Positions 9,922 to 20,390 are shown, counted from the stretch's first letter. The stretch is DNA of 64,000 nucleotides from Vicinamibacteria bacterium (GCA_964291235.2 OZ219816.1:864001-928000); one strand, 5' to 3'. The notes: generated by a model not told the origin, from the letters alone. Program-made: numbers and translations.

Positions 9922-11094
9922 ATGAACCTTCACGAACACCAGGCCAAGGCGCTGCTCGCCGAGTACGGCGTCCCGGTTCCCCGGGGCAAGGTCGCGTTCA
10001 GCGTGGACGAAGCGGTCGCCGCCGCCTCCGAACTCGGCCTCCCGGTGGTGGTGAAGGCCCAGATCCACGCCGGCGGGCGGGGAAAGGCGGGCGGAGTGCG
10101 CCTCGCCCGGACCATGGACGAGGTGCGCGCCGCCGCCGACGCGATTCTCGGCGCCACCCTGGTGACGAAGCAGACCGGCCCCGAGGGCCGGCTGGTGCGC
10201 CGCCTCCTGGTCGAGGAAGGGGTCGCCATCGCCCGGGAGCTCTACGTCAGCTTCATCGTGGACCGCTCCAGCGGACGTCCGATGTGCATCGCGAGCGCCG
10301 CCGGGGGAATGGACATCGAGGAGGTGGCCGCCGAGTCACCGGAGAAGATCCTGACCGTGACCGTCGATCCGGCCCTGGGGATGCAGCCCTTCCAGGCGCG
10401 CCGGCTGGCCTTCGGGCTCGGCTTCGAGGGGGAGGTGTTCAAGAACGGCGCCCGGTTCCTCACCGCGCTCTACCGCGCCTTCGACGGGCTCGACGCCAGC
10501 CAGGTCGAGATCAACCCCATGCTGGTGACCGAGGGCGGCGAGGTGCTCGCGCTCGACGCCAAGGTCTCGGTGGACGACAGCGCGCTCTTCCGCCAGCCGA
10601 AGGTCGTGGAGCTGCGCGACATCCACGAAGAGTCGCCCTTCGAGGTGGAGGCCAGCCGCCACCGCCTCAACTACATCAAGCTCGACGGCTCGGTGGGCTG
10701 CATGGTGAACGGCGCCGGCCTCGCCATGGCCACCATGGACATCGTGAAACTGGCGGGTGCGGCGCCCGCGAACTTTCTCGACGTCGGCGGCGGCGCCAGT
10801 GCGGACCAGATCGAAAACGCCTTTCGCATCCTCTCTTCGGACCCCTCGGTGCGGGTGGTGCTCATCAACATCTTCGGGGGCATCCTGCGCTGCGATCGGC
10901 TCGCGGCGGGCCTCATCGCCGCGGTCCGGAAGCTCGGGGTCACCCTGCCGATCGTGATTCGCATGGAAGGCACGAACGTGGAACTGGCCCGCCGGATGCT
11001 CGAGGAATCGGGGCTCGACTTCACCACCGCCGACGGGATGCAGGACGCCGCCGAGAAGGTGGTCTCGAAGCTCCGGGGCCAGGAGGCGGCATGA
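9922..11094 (+). CDS. sucC: Succinyl-CoA synthetase beta subunit
   Basis: [44 protein letters not shown]. Confidence 0.97.
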   Translation: MNLHEHQAKALLAEYGVPVPRGKVAFSVDEAVAAASELGLPVVVKAQIHAGGRGKAGGVRLARTMDEVRAAADAILGATLVTKQTGPEGRLVRRLLVEEGVAIARELYVSFIVDRSSGRPMCIASAAGGMDIEEVAAESPEKILTVTVDPALGMQPFQARRLAFGLGFEGEVFKNGARFLTALYRAFDGLDASQVEINPMLVTEGGEVLALDAKVSVDDSALFRQPKVVELRDIHEESPFEVEASRHRLNYIKLDGSVGCMVNGAGLAMATMDIVKLAGAAPANFLDVGGGASADQIENAFRILSSDPSVRVVLINIFGGILRCDRLAAGLIAAVRKLGVTLPIVIRMEGTNVELARRMLEESGLDFTTADGMQDAAEKVVSKLRGQEAA

Positions 11095-11966
11095 GCGTTC
11101 TCGTCGGCAACGAAACCCGCCTGCTCGTCCAGGGCATCACCGGGCGCGAAGGGGCGTTTCACGCCGGGGCCTGCCGCGACTACGGAACGAATCTGGTCGC
11201 CGGGGTCACGCCCGGCAAGGGAGGGCAGACCGCCGCCGCGGGCGTGCCCATCTTCGACACGGTGGCGGAAGCGGTGGCCGAAACCGGCGCCAACACGGCG
11301 TTCGTGGTCGTTCCGCCTCCCTTTGCGGCGGACGCGCTCTCTGAAGCGGCGGACGCCGGGGTCGGCCTGGCGGTGAGCATCACCGAGGGGGTTCCGACCC
11401 GCGACATGGTTCGGGTGATCCGAGCCATCCCGCCGGGCGGTACCCGCATTCTCGGCCCGAACTGCCCGGGCGTCATTTCTCCGGGCCGCGCCAAGGTCGG
11501 CATCATGCCGGGGTTCATTCACCGGGAGGGCCACGTCGGGGTCGTCTCCCGCAGTGGAACGCTCACCTACGAGGCGGTCCACCAGCTCAGCCAGCGCGGC
11601 ATTGGCCAGAGTACCTGCGTCGGCATCGGCGGCGATCCGGTGATCGGCACGAACTTCGTGGACGTGCTGGAGCTGTTCGCGGCCGATTCCGAAACCGAGG
11701 CGGTCATCCTCATCGGTGAGATCGGGGGCGGCGCCGAGGAAGAGGCCGCCGATTTCATTCGGCGCGAGCTGGACAAGCCGGTGGTGAGCTTCATCGCGGG
11801 GCAGACGGCGCCTCCGGGACGACGGATGGGCCATGCCGGGGCCATCGTGATGGGCGGCAAGGGAACCGCCGCCGACAAGATGGAAGCGCTCCGCTCGGCC
11901 GGCTGCACGGTCGTCGAGAGCCCCGCCGAGATGGGCGCCGCCATGGAAACGCGGCTGAACGGATAG
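11091..11966 (+). CDS. sucD: Succinyl-CoA synthetase alpha subunit
   Basis: [28 protein letters not shown]; ATGA overlap with sucC. Confidence 0.97.
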   Translation: MSVLVGNETRLLVQGITGREGAFHAGACRDYGTNLVAGVTPGKGGQTAAAGVPIFDTVAEAVAETGANTAFVVVPPPFAADALSEAADAGVGLAVSITEGVPTRDMVRVIRAIPPGGTRILGPNCPGVISPGRAKVGIMPGFIHREGHVGVVSRSGTLTYEAVHQLSQRGIGQSTCVGIGGDPVIGTNFVDVLELFAADSETEAVILIGEIGGGAEEEAADFIRRELDKPVVSFIAGQTAPPGRRMGHAGAIVMGGKGTAADKMEALRSAGCTVVESPAEMGAAMETRLNG

Positions 11967-11980
11967 CGAGAGTACGGAAC

Positions 11981-12391
11981 ATGCGAACCTTTTCGATCGT
12001 GAAGCCCGACGCGGTGGCGGCCGGGAACACCGGGGCCATCCTCCAGGCGCTCGAGGCGGCGGGCTTCGGCATCGTCGCCATGCGCCTGGTCCGGATGAGC
12101 AAAACCGAGGCGGAGGGCTTTTACGCCGTGCACCGCGAGCGGCCGTTCTTCTCGAGTCTCACCGACTTCATGTCGTCGGGACCGGCGGTCGTGGTCGCCC
12201 TCGAACGGGACGATGCGATCCCCGAGCTGCGCCGCCTGATGGGCGCCACGAATCCTGCCGAGGCAGCGCCCGGCACCATCCGGGCGCGCTTCGCTTCCTC
12301 CATCGAGCGGAACGCGATCCACGGTTCGGATGCCCCGGAGACGGCCGCTTTCGAACTGGGATACTTTTTCCCCGGCGTCGAGCTCATCTGA
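11981..12391 (+). CDS. ndk: Nucleoside diphosphate kinase
   Basis: TFSIVKPDAV, GATNP, NAIHGSD. Confidence 0.97.
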   Translation: MRTFSIVKPDAVAAGNTGAILQALEAAGFGIVAMRLVRMSKTEAEGFYAVHRERPFFSSLTDFMSSGPAVVVALERDDAIPELRRLMGATNPAEAAPGTIRARFASSIERNAIHGSDAPETAAFELGYFFPGVELI

Positions 12392-12424
12392 CACCAGGCC
12401 GAGCGAATCGAAGAGGGACCCGAA

Positions 12425-13003
12425 CTGCCGAGCATCAAACCGGATCACTGGATCCGCCGGATGTCGCAGGACCACCGGCTGATCGATCCGTTCGTGGATC
12501 ACCAGGTGGGGCAGGGGGTCATCTCCTACGGGCTCTCCGCCTACGGCTACGACATCCGGGTCTCCGACGAGTTCAAGATCTTCACGAACGTCCACACGAC
12601 GATCGTGGACCCGAAGAACTTCGACGAGCGGAGCTTCGTGGACTACAAGGGCGAGGTGTGCGTGATCCCGCCCAACTCCTTTGCCCTCTCGAACACCATC
12701 GAGAACTTCCGGATGCCCCGCAACGTGTACGGCATCTGCATCGGCAAATCCACCTACGCGCGCTGCGGCATCATCATCAACGTGACCGGTTTCGACGCCG
12801 AGTGGGAAGGCAACGCCACCCTCGAGATCTCGAACACCACCCCGCTCCCGTGCCGCATCTACGCCGGGGAAGGGATCGCCCAGGTGCTGTTTTTCGAGAG
12901 CGACGAGGACTGCGAGGTCAGCTACCGGGACAAGAAGGGGAAATACCAGGGCCAGGAGCACATCACCCTGCCCACGATCCTGGGCCCGAACCCGGGGTCC
13001 TGA
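12425..13003 (+). CDS. dcd: dCTP deaminase
   Basis: [32 protein letters not shown]. Dcd-like N-terminus [11 protein letters not shown] extends upstream of ATG 12461 to a CTG at 12425. Confidence 0.93.
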   Translation: MPSIKPDHWIRRMSQDHRLIDPFVDHQVGQGVISYGLSAYGYDIRVSDEFKIFTNVHTTIVDPKNFDERSFVDYKGEVCVIPPNSFALSNTIENFRMPRNVYGICIGKSTYARCGIIINVTGFDAEWEGNATLEISNTTPLPCRIYAGEGIAQVLFFESDEDCEVSYRDKKGKYQGQEHITLPTILGPNPGS

Positions 13004-13007
13004 CCGC

Positions 13008-13517
13008 GTGGAGCTGATCGCGGGAGCGGCCCTTCGGCGGCGGCTCGAGGCGGATCCGCCGCTGCTCGCGGCGCTCGTGGATCCCGAGACGCAGATCCAG
13101 ATGAACGGGGTGGATCTGACGCTCGCCGAGGTGAGCCGCTTCGGAGCGGGGCCGGGTCGCGTCGATTTCGACAACACGAGCCGCCGGATTCCGACCCCGG
13201 AACCGCTTCGGCCCGGCGACGACGGGGTGTACCGGCTCTCCACCGGGCCCTATTGGGTGCGCTACAACGAGGTGGTGAACATTCCGCCGGATGTCTTCGC
13301 GATCGGCCGCACCCGATCGTCGCTGCTCAGGAGCGGGGCGCAGATCGGCACCGCGCTCTGGGACTCGGGGTACCGGGGCCGCAGCGGTTCCCTGCTGACC
13401 GTGCACCATCCGGACGGGCTGGAACTCGTCCGGGACGCCCGCATCCTGCAACTGGTGTTCTTTCAGTTGGCGGCCCCGGCCGAGCGGACCTATTCGGGCC
13501 AGTACCAGGACGAATAG
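13008..13517 (+). CDS. Trimeric dUTPase/dCTP-deaminase family protein (archaeal-type dUTPase-like)
   Basis: QMNGVDLT, RSSLLRSG, ALWDSGYRG, ARILQLVF. Confidence 0.8.
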   Translation: MELIAGAALRRRLEADPPLLAALVDPETQIQMNGVDLTLAEVSRFGAGPGRVDFDNTSRRIPTPEPLRPGDDGVYRLSTGPYWVRYNEVVNIPPDVFAIGRTRSSLLRSGAQIGTALWDSGYRGRSGSLLTVHHPDGLELVRDARILQLVFFQLAAPAERTYSGQYQDE

Positions 13518-13663
13518 CGCGCGGCGCGGCGCCGCCGGCGCTTCCTCCCCCCGCAGCCCGGCGGCGCGCGATGCGTCCGGCCCGCGGTGGCGCGCGGACC
13601 GTCAGAGCCCCGCGCTCCCGGCGGCATGGCGGTTGCATTTTGGTTGTGACAGGCCACAATCCG

Positions 13664-14743
13664 ATGCAGACATTCATGCGAATCCTTTTTCCGATCGTTC
13701 TTGCCCTCTTGACCGTGGCTCCCGTGGGAGCCCACCCACCGGGAACCCAGCCGCGCTCGGACACCGTGCTGCGCGACGAGATCGCCGCGGCAATCGAAGA
13801 GGCGGATCTGCCGATCGGGATCTTCGATGTGGACGTTCGGGACGGCGTCGCGATGCTGAGCGGCGAAGTCCTGAATGAGAGCACGCGGACCCGGGTGGTC
13901 GAGCTGGCGCTGTTCGTGGACGGCGTGGCCGCGGTGGAGACCGACATCACGGTCCTGCAGTCGGAGGATCTCGGTGACCCGGGCGCCGATGAGGAGCCGG
14001 GGGGGGCGGCGGCAGGCTCCGGCCCGATCGAGGAAGGAATCGAGGAAGACGTTGCTTCCCCGCCGCCGGCCGCTCGGGTGGCGACCCGCCCCGACGATGC
14101 CGTTCACGCGGACGTGGCGCGGGAGGTCGAGCGCGCGGACCTCGAAGGGAACGATCCCCGGGTTACCGTGGACAACGGGGTGGTCCGCCTCACCGGTCAG
14201 GTAGCGAGCGCCTGGGAGTGGCGGGAGCTCGTGGAACGGGCGGAGTCGGTCCAGGGAGTCCTGGCGGTGGATCCCGATCTCGAGATCGCCGAGCCGGAGA
14301 GCATGGACGACCTGGTGGCCGGGGTGCGGAGCGCCGTGCTGCGCTACTCCTACTACACGGTGTTCGACGACATCAACTTCGGGATGGAGAAGCCCTACGA
14401 GATCATTCTGCTGGGGGCCGTCACCGAACCCTTCAAGAAGACCGAGCTCGAGAAGCGGGTGTCCAAGGTCTTTGGGGTGAGGAGCGTGGACAACCGCATC
14501 GAGGTGCTGCCGCTTTCCCCGAACGACCAGGATCTCCGCCGCGCCCTCTTCTATCGGATCTACCGGGATCCCCGTTTCTCGGACCGCGCCAACCAGATCA
14601 ATCCCCCCATCCACATCGTGGTGTCACGGGGGGTGGTGGCCCTGACGGGGGTGGTTCGGAGCGCCATCGAATCGCGAATCCTCGAGTCGATCGCCCGCAG
14701 CACGCCGGGCGTCTTCCGGGTGATCAACCGCCTCGAGCACTGA
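13664..14743 (+). CDS. Secreted multi-BON-domain protein
   Basis: Signal peptide, then repeated V.V..GV..L.G.V ... GV..V.N.L units (about 4). Confidence 0.85.
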   Translation: MQTFMRILFPIVLALLTVAPVGAHPPGTQPRSDTVLRDEIAAAIEEADLPIGIFDVDVRDGVAMLSGEVLNESTRTRVVELALFVDGVAAVETDITVLQSEDLGDPGADEEPGGAAAGSGPIEEGIEEDVASPPPAARVATRPDDAVHADVAREVERADLEGNDPRVTVDNGVVRLTGQVASAWEWRELVERAESVQGVLAVDPDLEIAEPESMDDLVAGVRSAVLRYSYYTVFDDINFGMEKPYEIILLGAVTEPFKKTELEKRVSKVFGVRSVDNRIEVLPLSPNDQDLRRALFYRIYRDPRFSDRANQINPPIHIVVSRGVVALTGVVRSAIESRILESIARSTPGVFRVINRLEH

Positions 14744-14789
14744 CGCCCGGCGTCCGCCAGCCGCCGGCGAAACGTCCGCCGGCGAAACG

Positions 14790-15770
14790 TCAGGTCGAGC
14801 TTGGAGGCTCCGGTATCGTCATCCGCCGTTTGGGGGGTAGCGCGCTCCAGAGGAGCTTCTTGCGGAGCACCCGGAAGTAGTTCGTTTCCGGGAGGCTGAG
14901 AAGCTGCACCCGGACCTCCGACTTGCGCACCCGCAGCACGTCGCCGGGAAGCAGGGGATGGCTCGCCTGGCCGTCGAACGTCACGTGCACCTGGCGGCGG
15001 CGTCCCCGAAGCGTCAGCGTCAACTCCTCCGTGTCGGGAAAGACCACCGGCCGCTGGGTCAGGGTCAGCGGCACGATGGGCGCCAGCACGATCGCCTCCA
15101 CCGCCGGGTGGACCACGGGGCCGCCGGCGCCGACGTTGTAGGCGGTGGACCCGGTGGGAGTCGCGACGATGACGCCGTCGCCGAGCACCGTCGCCACGAA
15201 GCCCTGGGCGGTGGTGATGCGGACCTCGATGACCCGGGCGATCGAACTCCCGGTAATCACCACGTCGTTCACCGACATCTCCTCGAGCAGCGTTTCGCCA
15301 TCGCGCCGCAGCGAGGTGCGAAGCGTGGTGCGTTCGTCGAGCACCCCCTCGCCGGCAAGGATCTTCTCCAGCTCCGGATAGAGCTGATCGAGGGGGGCGT
15401 TGGTAAGGAAGCCGAGGCTCCCGAGGTTGACGCCGAAGATCGGGACCTGCCGGTCTCCCAGAGCGCGGGCGACCGAAAGGAGCGTGCCGTCGCCACCCAG
15501 AACCAGCATCAGGTCCTGCCCCCCGCCGATCGTCTCGAAGGGCGCCGCGGCGCCGCTCCAATCGGTAGCCTCCGCGAGCTTTTCTTCCAGGACGACGATC
15601 GCTCCCCGGCTCTCAAGCCAGCGGGCCAGGCCGCCGGCGGTGGCGGGAGCTTCGGGGGCGGCGATCTTGGCCACGATCCCAACCCGCAGGCGCCCCCCGG
15701 CGGGGGGCAGGAATCGCCGCGCATTGGCGCGGGCGCTCGCGCGACGGGAGCGGGCGTTCTTCCTGGGCAT
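14790..15770 (-). CDS. nadK: NAD kinase
   Basis: LGGDGTLL, GVNLGSLGFL, ND, DGVIVATPTGSTAY. Confidence 0.95.
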   Translation of the reverse strand: MPRKNARSRRASARANARRFLPPAGGRLRVGIVAKIAAPEAPATAGGLARWLESRGAIVVLEEKLAEATDWSGAAAPFETIGGGQDLMLVLGGDGTLLSVARALGDRQVPIFGVNLGSLGFLTNAPLDQLYPELEKILAGEGVLDERTTLRTSLRRDGETLLEEMSVNDVVITGSSIARVIEVRITTAQGFVATVLGDGVIVATPTGSTAYNVGAGGPVVHPAVEAIVLAPIVPLTLTQRPVVFPDTEELTLTLRGRRRQVHVTFDGQASHPLLPGDVLRVRKSEVRVQLLSLPETNYFRVLRKKLLWSALPPKRRMTIPEPPSST

Positions 15771-15775
15771 CGACG

Positions 15776-16738
15776 TCAGTGCTTCCGGCGCAGGATCCGG
15801 TCGGTCAGGGCGTGGAGAAGATGCATTCCGGCGGAATTTACGGCGGGGCCGGGCTGGCTGGCGACTGCGTCCAGAAGTTCGTGGGTCAGGCCGGTCCGGC
15901 GGTTCGCTTCCGCGCGAGCCCCCGCGATCCCGTGAATGGCGGGATACGTGGCCTTCCCCGCGGCGCGGTCCTTGCCCGCGGACTTGCCGAGTTCGGCGCT
16001 CGTCGCTTCCTCGTCCAGGAGGTCGTCCACGATCTGGAACACCAGTCCAAGCTCGCTCCCGAAGGCCGCGAGGGCGTCCGTCTGCTGAAGGCTTCCACCT
16101 CCGGCGAGGGCGCCGAGCGCGACCGAAGCGGAGATCAGCGCCCCGGTCTTGCCCCGGTGAATCGCCTCCAGCCCGCACGCGTCGGGAGGCCGGGTCTCCG
16201 CTTCGATGTCGAGCGCCTGGCCGGCCACCATCCCCCTGGGTCCGGCCGCCGCCGCCAGCCGCCCGACCGCCTCGACCCGCATCCGGGCCGGCCCGCCACT
16301 CCCGGCGATCGTCTCGAAGGCCAGGGTGTGGAGTGCGTCCCCGGCGAGCACCGCGATCGCCTCGCCGTACTGGATGTGGGCCGTCGGCTGTCCCCTTCTC
16401 AGGTCATCGTCGTCCATACAGGGCAGGTCGTCGTGAATCAGGGAATAGCTGTGGATCATTTCGAGCGCCGCGGCGGCCGGCAGGGCGTCCGCGCCCTCTC
16501 CGCCGACCGCGGTCGCGGACGCCATCGCGAGCGCCGGCCGGATGCGCTTTCCTCCCGCGAGGACGGTATAGCGCATGGCGCTCGCGAGCGTCGCGGGAGG
16601 GCCGTTCGCGGGGGGGCCGTCCGCGGGAGGGAGCACCCCGTCGAGGAAGGCATCCACCTCCCGCGCGCAGCGGGCGAGGAAACCATCCAGATCCACGGCC
16701 GGCGCGGCTGCCGGATCGCCGGTCTCAGACCGGGGCAT
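15776..16738 (-). CDS. ispA: Farnesyl/geranylgeranyl diphosphate synthase
   Basis: GGKRIRP, HSYSLIHDDLPCMDDDDLRRG, FQIVDDLLD, GKSAGKD. Confidence 0.93.
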   Translation of the reverse strand: MPRSETGDPAAAPAVDLDGFLARCAREVDAFLDGVLPPADGPPANGPPATLASAMRYTVLAGGKRIRPALAMASATAVGGEGADALPAAAALEMIHSYSLIHDDLPCMDDDDLRRGQPTAHIQYGEAIAVLAGDALHTLAFETIAGSGGPARMRVEAVGRLAAAAGPRGMVAGQALDIEAETRPPDACGLEAIHRGKTGALISASVALGALAGGGSLQQTDALAAFGSELGLVFQIVDDLLDEEATSAELGKSAGKDRAAGKATYPAIHGIAGARAEANRRTGLTHELLDAVASQPGPAVNSAGMHLLHALTDRILRRKH

Positions 16739-17249
16739 CCGACTCGGGGGTCTTGGTCCGGGCCGCCGGAAGGGGGGTGGCCGCCTCGGGTTCGGCGCCT
16801 TCCCCGGCGGCCGTCCGGGGGATCGTCCGGGTGGTCGTCTCGGCGACCTGCCGCTGGGCCGCATCGAGAATCGTTTCGCAGCGGGCCGCCAACCGCCGGG
16901 CTTCCCGATAGAGGTCGATGGCCCGGGCGAGAGGCAAGTCCTCTCGCTCGAGCGTGTTCACCACCTCGGCCAGGCGGTCGCGCACCGCTTCGTACGGCGC
17001 TCCGGAGTTCGCCTCGGGGCCCGGATCCTCCGCCGCGGCGTCGCGCCCGATCTCGGTGGTGGCCTCCTGGGCCGCCTCGACGATGGCTTCGAGCTTCCCG
17101 TGCAGGGAAACCGCGCGGGCATGCAGTTCCAGCCGTTCTCCGAGCGGAACCGCCGGATCCTCGAGGCGCCCGGTCGCCTCCTTCAATGCGGCCTCGACCG
17201 ACTCGAAGGTCGCGGCGGCCGGCGGGAGCGGATCGGTGGAATCGGTCAT
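16725..17249 (-). CDS. xseB: Exodeoxyribonuclease VII small subunit, apparently two tandem domains
   Basis: Lies between xseA and ispA. Two units: TFESVEAALKEATGRLEDPAVPLGERLELH and PYEAVRDRLAEVVNTLEREDLPLARAIDLY. Confidence 0.8.
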   Translation of the reverse strand: MTDSTDPLPPAAATFESVEAALKEATGRLEDPAVPLGERLELHARAVSLHGKLEAIVEAAQEATTEIGRDAAAEDPGPEANSGAPYEAVRDRLAEVVNTLEREDLPLARAIDLYREARRLAARCETILDAAQRQVAETTTRTIPRTAAGEGAEPEAATPLPAARTKTPESDAPV

Positions 17250-18868
17250 GACGGATTTCCTTCGGGATTGTGCCGCGAGCCGCGCATCTCCGCGGAGTCT
17301 CCAGGAGAACGAACTTCCTCGACCGTGGCCCCGAGTTCGCCCTCTCCCAGCAGGACTCGTACGCGATCTCCCACCGTGACGTTCCGACTGGAGGCGAGTG
17401 CGCGCCCCTCCGAATCGAGGGTAAGGCTGTAACCGCGCCGGAGGACACTCCGCGGATCGCGGGCCTCGAGATCGCGCCCGATCGCCGCCGCGACAAAGGA
17501 GCGGTGGTCCAGGAGCCGCTGGAGCGCGGCCACCCGGCGGCCATTGCGGCCGGCCAGCGCCCCTCGCTCCGCCTCCACCAACCGCTGAAGGGCCTCGGGC
17601 GAAACCCTTGTCGCCGCCGCGGCGAGCCGCGCCTCGTGCGCCCGCAAGAGCGGCAAGCCGGCAAGGCGTTCGCGTAGCCGCGCCAACTGGGCCGACTGGC
17701 CGGCAAGCCGGCGGGCCGGAAGGTTCCGGTCGAGCCGCTCGCGGGCTTCGCGCAGGCGAGGCTCGCGGTCCCGGATTGCGCCGCGGACCGCCTCGCGGGC
17801 GCGCTCGAGATCCTGCTGCCGGCCCCGCCGTTCCCGTTCGAGCCATCCCGGTAGCGCGGTGGTGGCGCGGTGCGTGCGGAACGTCGCCGCGCGCGACGCG
17901 GCCGCGCTCAGTACTCGCCGCACCACGGACCGCGCCGCGCCCCGGCGGCCTTCGATCTCCTGGTCGAGCTCGTTTCGCTCGGGAAGGATGTCCCGCGCCG
18001 CCGCCGACGGCGTGCTGCAGCGGCGATCCGCCACCCGGTCGAGGAGCGGCCGATTCTGTTCGTGACCGATCGCGCTCACCAGCGGAACCGGGCAGGCCGC
18101 GGCGGCGCGAACCACCGTCTCGTCGCTGAAGGGAAGGAGATCCTCGACCGAGCCGCCCCCCCGCGCCACCACGATGACGTCGAGCGCTTCGCGGCCGAGA
18201 GCCCGGATCCCGGCCGCCAGCGCCGCCGGAGCCGCCGGCCCCTGGACGGGTGCGTGGTGCTCCCGGATCTGGACTCCGGGGAATCGGATCCGCGCCGTTT
18301 TCGTGAAATCAACCAGGGCGTCGCTGCCGGCCGCGGTCAGGAGCCCGATCCGAAGCGGCAGGAAAGGAAGTTGTCGCTTCCTCGCCGGTTCGAACAGCCC
18401 TTCGCGCTCGAGACGCGCCTCCCGCTCCTGGAGTTCCTGCAGCAGCGCTCCCATCCCGGCGGGCTCGAGGCGCTGGACCTGGAACTGATAGACGCTCTTG
18501 CCGTCGTAGATGCGCAGGCGTCCGAAGGCGCGGACCCGGTCTCCCGGCTCCGGAGTGAATGAAAACCCGCGGGCGTCGCCGGCCCAGGCCACCGCCTCGA
18601 GCACGACTCTTTCCTCGCGGAACGACAGATACAGGTGACCGCTCCGGGGGCGGCTCACCTGGGAGAGTTCCCCCTCCAGCCAGAGGCTCCGCGGAAAGCC
18701 GTCCTCCAGCACCTCGCGCACGCGGGCGCTGAGGTCCCGAACCGAAAACGGTGATTCGGCCGACCCCGGTTGGGCGGCGGGCGCGGTCTCGATCAGGGGC
18801 TCCGTGGCCGGGGCCGCAACCGGCCGGACCGGAGACGGGGGCCGTCCGAAAAGTGAGCGGCGGGTCAT
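17246..18868 (-). CDS. xseA: Exodeoxyribonuclease VII large subunit
   Basis: WLEGELS..SGHLY, GLFEPARKRQLP, VARGGGSVEDL, SAIGHE, STPSAAA, VLRRGYS. Confidence 0.95.
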   Translation of the reverse strand: MTRRSLFGRPPSPVRPVAAPATEPLIETAPAAQPGSAESPFSVRDLSARVREVLEDGFPRSLWLEGELSQVSRPRSGHLYLSFREERVVLEAVAWAGDARGFSFTPEPGDRVRAFGRLRIYDGKSVYQFQVQRLEPAGMGALLQELQEREARLEREGLFEPARKRQLPFLPLRIGLLTAAGSDALVDFTKTARIRFPGVQIREHHAPVQGPAAPAALAAGIRALGREALDVIVVARGGGSVEDLLPFSDETVVRAAAACPVPLVSAIGHEQNRPLLDRVADRRCSTPSAAARDILPERNELDQEIEGRRGAARSVVRRVLSAAASRAATFRTHRATTALPGWLERERRGRQQDLERAREAVRGAIRDREPRLREARERLDRNLPARRLAGQSAQLARLRERLAGLPLLRAHEARLAAAATRVSPEALQRLVEAERGALAGRNGRRVAALQRLLDHRSFVAAAIGRDLEARDPRSVLRRGYSLTLDSEGRALASSRNVTVGDRVRVLLGEGELGATVEEVRSPGDSAEMRGSRHNPEGNPS

Positions 18869-18916
18869 CGTCCTCCGGATGCTATTCCGGGTGAGGAGCC
18901 GGCGCCGGGGCGGTTG

Positions 18917-19756
18917 CTAGTGGCGGCCCCGGCGGCGAGCGCGGCGCTCCGCCTCGGCCGCCTTCCGCTCGGCGCGCTGCTGCTTGCGGAGTTCCCGCGC
19001 AGCCTCCTTCTCACGCTCGCGCACCGCGTTCATGGTGCGGGAGAGCAGGCGGGTGATCGCCGATTGGGCCTGGCCGCTCGTGCCCTGCTTTTCCGTCATG
19101 TGCTCGACGACCAGCCACTTGCGGATACGCGAACGGCGCTTCTCCTCTTCCCGGCTGATGGTCTTCACCTCGTGCCGGAGGTGAAGGCGTTTGAGCGCGT
19201 GGGCAAGGCTGGCCACCGTCCCCTCGCGTTCCTGGGCGGTGATCAGGTCCAGGCGCTCCGTCGCGTCGTCGATGGTCGGTTCGAAGTCGGAACCGAGGAT
19301 TTCCTGGATCACTCCCGGCGAATCTCCGGCGTGGCGGATGCCCCGGCTCGAAAGCTGCCCGACGGGTATCAGGATGCGATTACCGGTCGAAGAATCCTGG
19401 GGGGTCAGTTCGAGGAGGTCAAGGTCGGTCTGGGCGTCGTGAATCACCTCGCCGACGTCGCAGTGACCGATCTGGGGATAGAAGACGAAGTCCCCCTGAT
19501 TGAAGACGCCGGGCACCGGCGCGGCAACGTCCAGAGCTTCGTCGGAAGGTTCCTCGTCGGAAGCTTCCTCGGGGGGCAACGCCTCACCGGCGGGTTCTTC
19601 GACGGGGAACTCCTCATCGGGAAGGTCCCCGCCCGCGGGCTCCTGCCCGGAGGGTTCTTCCGCGGCAGACGCTTCCCCGGTACGTTCGTCCTCCGACAGC
19701 TCGTCCTCGGTTTCGACCTCCATGAGATCGGCTACCCCTTCCTGCGCGGCCGTCAA
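18917..19756 (-). CDS. CarD/CdnL-like transcription factor with a long acidic N-terminal extension
   Basis: FNQGDFVFYPQIGHCDV...ILIPV....RGIR matches the CarD RNAP-interaction domain. Start could be TTG 19756 or ATG 19723. Confidence 0.7.
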   Translation of the reverse strand: MTAAQEGVADLMEVETEDELSEDERTGEASAAEEPSGQEPAGGDLPDEEFPVEEPAGEALPPEEASDEEPSDEALDVAAPVPGVFNQGDFVFYPQIGHCDVGEVIHDAQTDLDLLELTPQDSSTGNRILIPVGQLSSRGIRHAGDSPGVIQEILGSDFEPTIDDATERLDLITAQEREGTVASLAHALKRLHLRHEVKTISREEEKRRSRIRKWLVVEHMTEKQGTSGQAQSAITRLLSRTMNAVREREKEAARELRKQQRAERKAAEAERRARRRGRH

Positions 19757-19889
19757 TTTCGTTCGGGAGTTCTAGGGGGAAGTGCCTGCTTCGGGTCCGA
19801 TACGGACCGAAGATACAGGGAACTCCCTACTGTACCACGCGTCATATCGGGCACGGCGGGCCGGTACCGGCCCGCCGGCCGGGAGCCGG

Positions 19890-20390
19890 TCACCCGCACG
19901 CCTTGAGCGCGGCGTCGTAGTCCGGTTCCTGCTTGATCTCCGGAACGAGCTCCGAATGCACGACCTTCCCGTTCCCGTCCACGACGACCACGGCCCGCGC
20001 CAGGAGGCCGGCGAGCGGGCCTTCGGCGATCCGGAGTCCGTAGGCGTTGCCGAACGAACTGTCGCGCAGTTCCGAAACGCAACGGACCGCCTCGATGTTC
20101 TCGGCGGCGCAAAAACGCCCGTGGGCGAACGGAAGATCGCGGGAAACGCAAAGAACGGACACACCGTCGAGCGCCCCGGCTTCCTCGTTGAAGCGCCGGA
20201 CCGAGGCCGCGCACACGGGAGTGTCCACGCTCGGGAAGACGTTCAGGATCAGTTGCTGCCCGGCGTAGTCACCGAGCGAAACGTCCCCGAGGTCACCGCC
20301 GGTCAGCGTGAAATCGGGAGCGGCGTCTCCCGCCGCGGGGACGTCGCCCGAGATGGCGAACGGAGTGCCGCCGAGCGTGACGGTAGCCAT
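19890..20390 (-). CDS. tpx: Thiol peroxidase
   Basis: LNVFPSVDTPVCA, VSRDLPFA.RFC, GLLARAV, EPDYD. Confidence 0.96.
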   Translation of the reverse strand: MATVTLGGTPFAISGDVPAAGDAAPDFTLTGGDLGDVSLGDYAGQQLILNVFPSVDTPVCAASVRRFNEEAGALDGVSVLCVSRDLPFAHGRFCAAENIEAVRCVSELRDSSFGNAYGLRIAEGPLAGLLARAVVVVDGNGKVVHSELVPEIKQEPDYDAALKACG

